Below are positions 63,309-64,000 of a stretch of DNA of 64,000 nucleotides, piece after piece (position 1 is the stretch's first letter; each line of letters begins with the position of its first letter). Under the pieces are notes generated by a model. It searched no databases. It saw nothing but the letters and a program-made list of their open reading frames with translations, and was not told the origin of the DNA. This stretch comes from Gonapodya sp. JEL0774. Taxonomy: Eukaryota. The stretch covers positions 1 through 64,000 of the forward strand of contig JADIIX010000107.1 of NCBI GenBank assembly GCA_027604505.1. Reading direction: 5' to 3'. Both the position numbers and the translations under genes were made by a program.

Positions 63309-64000
63309 CGTTACTTGCGTTGTAGCAAAGATATCAACTGTTAAACTGCTTGATGGCCAGCTTTGGGTGTACAAGAAGTCTTGCTTGGGCGACCTACGAA
63401 GACTCCACATCGGCGATAAATGCAGCGTATAATTATTCTATTGATTTGTTCTTTCTTTCCCGAATGCAATATAAACAATTGTCTGTGCCCGAATGGTTCA
63501 TCGTACTTGCCACGTGTCGACAGTCTTACCCTCACCACCACTTACCAGAAGGCCCTCAGCCCAGTCAATGGCGAGCAACTTCTCACATCTACCATCATCT
63601 TTGCTTTCTCGCGTTGAGACAGCATACAACGCCCTGTCGCTCCGTAGATCCCAAATTCTCACTCGACCGTCATGGGACCCAGCAGCAACGTGAAAAGCGG
63701 AACTTGGGGACCAGCAAACAGTGGGTTGAAAAGAGTGGGAGTGAGAGTTCAGATGAAGTTTAACGAGGGACCCATCTGCAATTGTGGGATCAATATGCAG
63801 GACTTCGCTGAGTCAAATGCTACTTTGCAACACAAAACACTCCATACCGTTTGAACGCGGATCCCAGATCCGCAATATTCCATCCGCATGCCCTGTTGCA
63901 AGCATTGTCGAACTGTGCGAATGATCAACATCCAGTATAACTTTGTCGCACAGCTATGAGCGACATAGAAAAGTATAAGGCCGGAACTCAAAGCGTCAGA

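Noticed and set aside
406..63991. The many 60-250 aa ORFs in the six-frame track that lie antisense to or overlap the called genes
   Set aside because: They are explained as shadow frames of GC-rich exons or exon-plus-intron read-through, and they carry no independent motifs.
63350..64000. Additional gene at the right edge
   Set aside because: Only short ORFs without recognisable motifs are present; it cannot be supported from this window.

Overview
This is eukaryotic, intron-rich genomic DNA, not bacterial. Gene content and style (many short GT-AG introns, a kinesin-12/KIF15-type motor, a GH28-type fold, a fungal Met5-type sulfite reductase) suggest an early-diverging, probably zoosporic fungus; the taxon is an inference. 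About 18 protein-coding loci can be assembled by hand from exon fragments: PGS1 (partial), a peroxisomal acyl-CoA ligase ending in SKL, a cytochrome P450, a membrane-anchored GH28-like protein lacking its catalytic residues, a GGCT-like protein, a PGAP4-like glycosyltransferase, an intronless 430-aa orphan, GH38 alpha-mannosidase, PI-PLC, a BCS1-like ATPase, an intronless bacterial-type DUF1349 gene, RPS12, JJJ1/DNAJC21, an ARO8/AADAT aminotransferase, SER3, a degenerate kinesin, MET5 and a KIF15-like kinesin. Non-genic structure includes a ~555-bp TIR element with a target-site duplication, nested in a ~133-bp tandem duplication, and a probable decayed gene. The best leads are the receptor-like pseudo-polygalacturonase, an Atg8-interacting-like motif on the mannosidase tail, a likely horizontally acquired DUF1349 gene, a PTS1 confined to the last exon of the ligase that sits head-to-head with the P450, and a kinesin with a broken switch-II splice site. 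CDS coordinates are gene spans including introns, and terminal exons are manual estimates. No database search was run.
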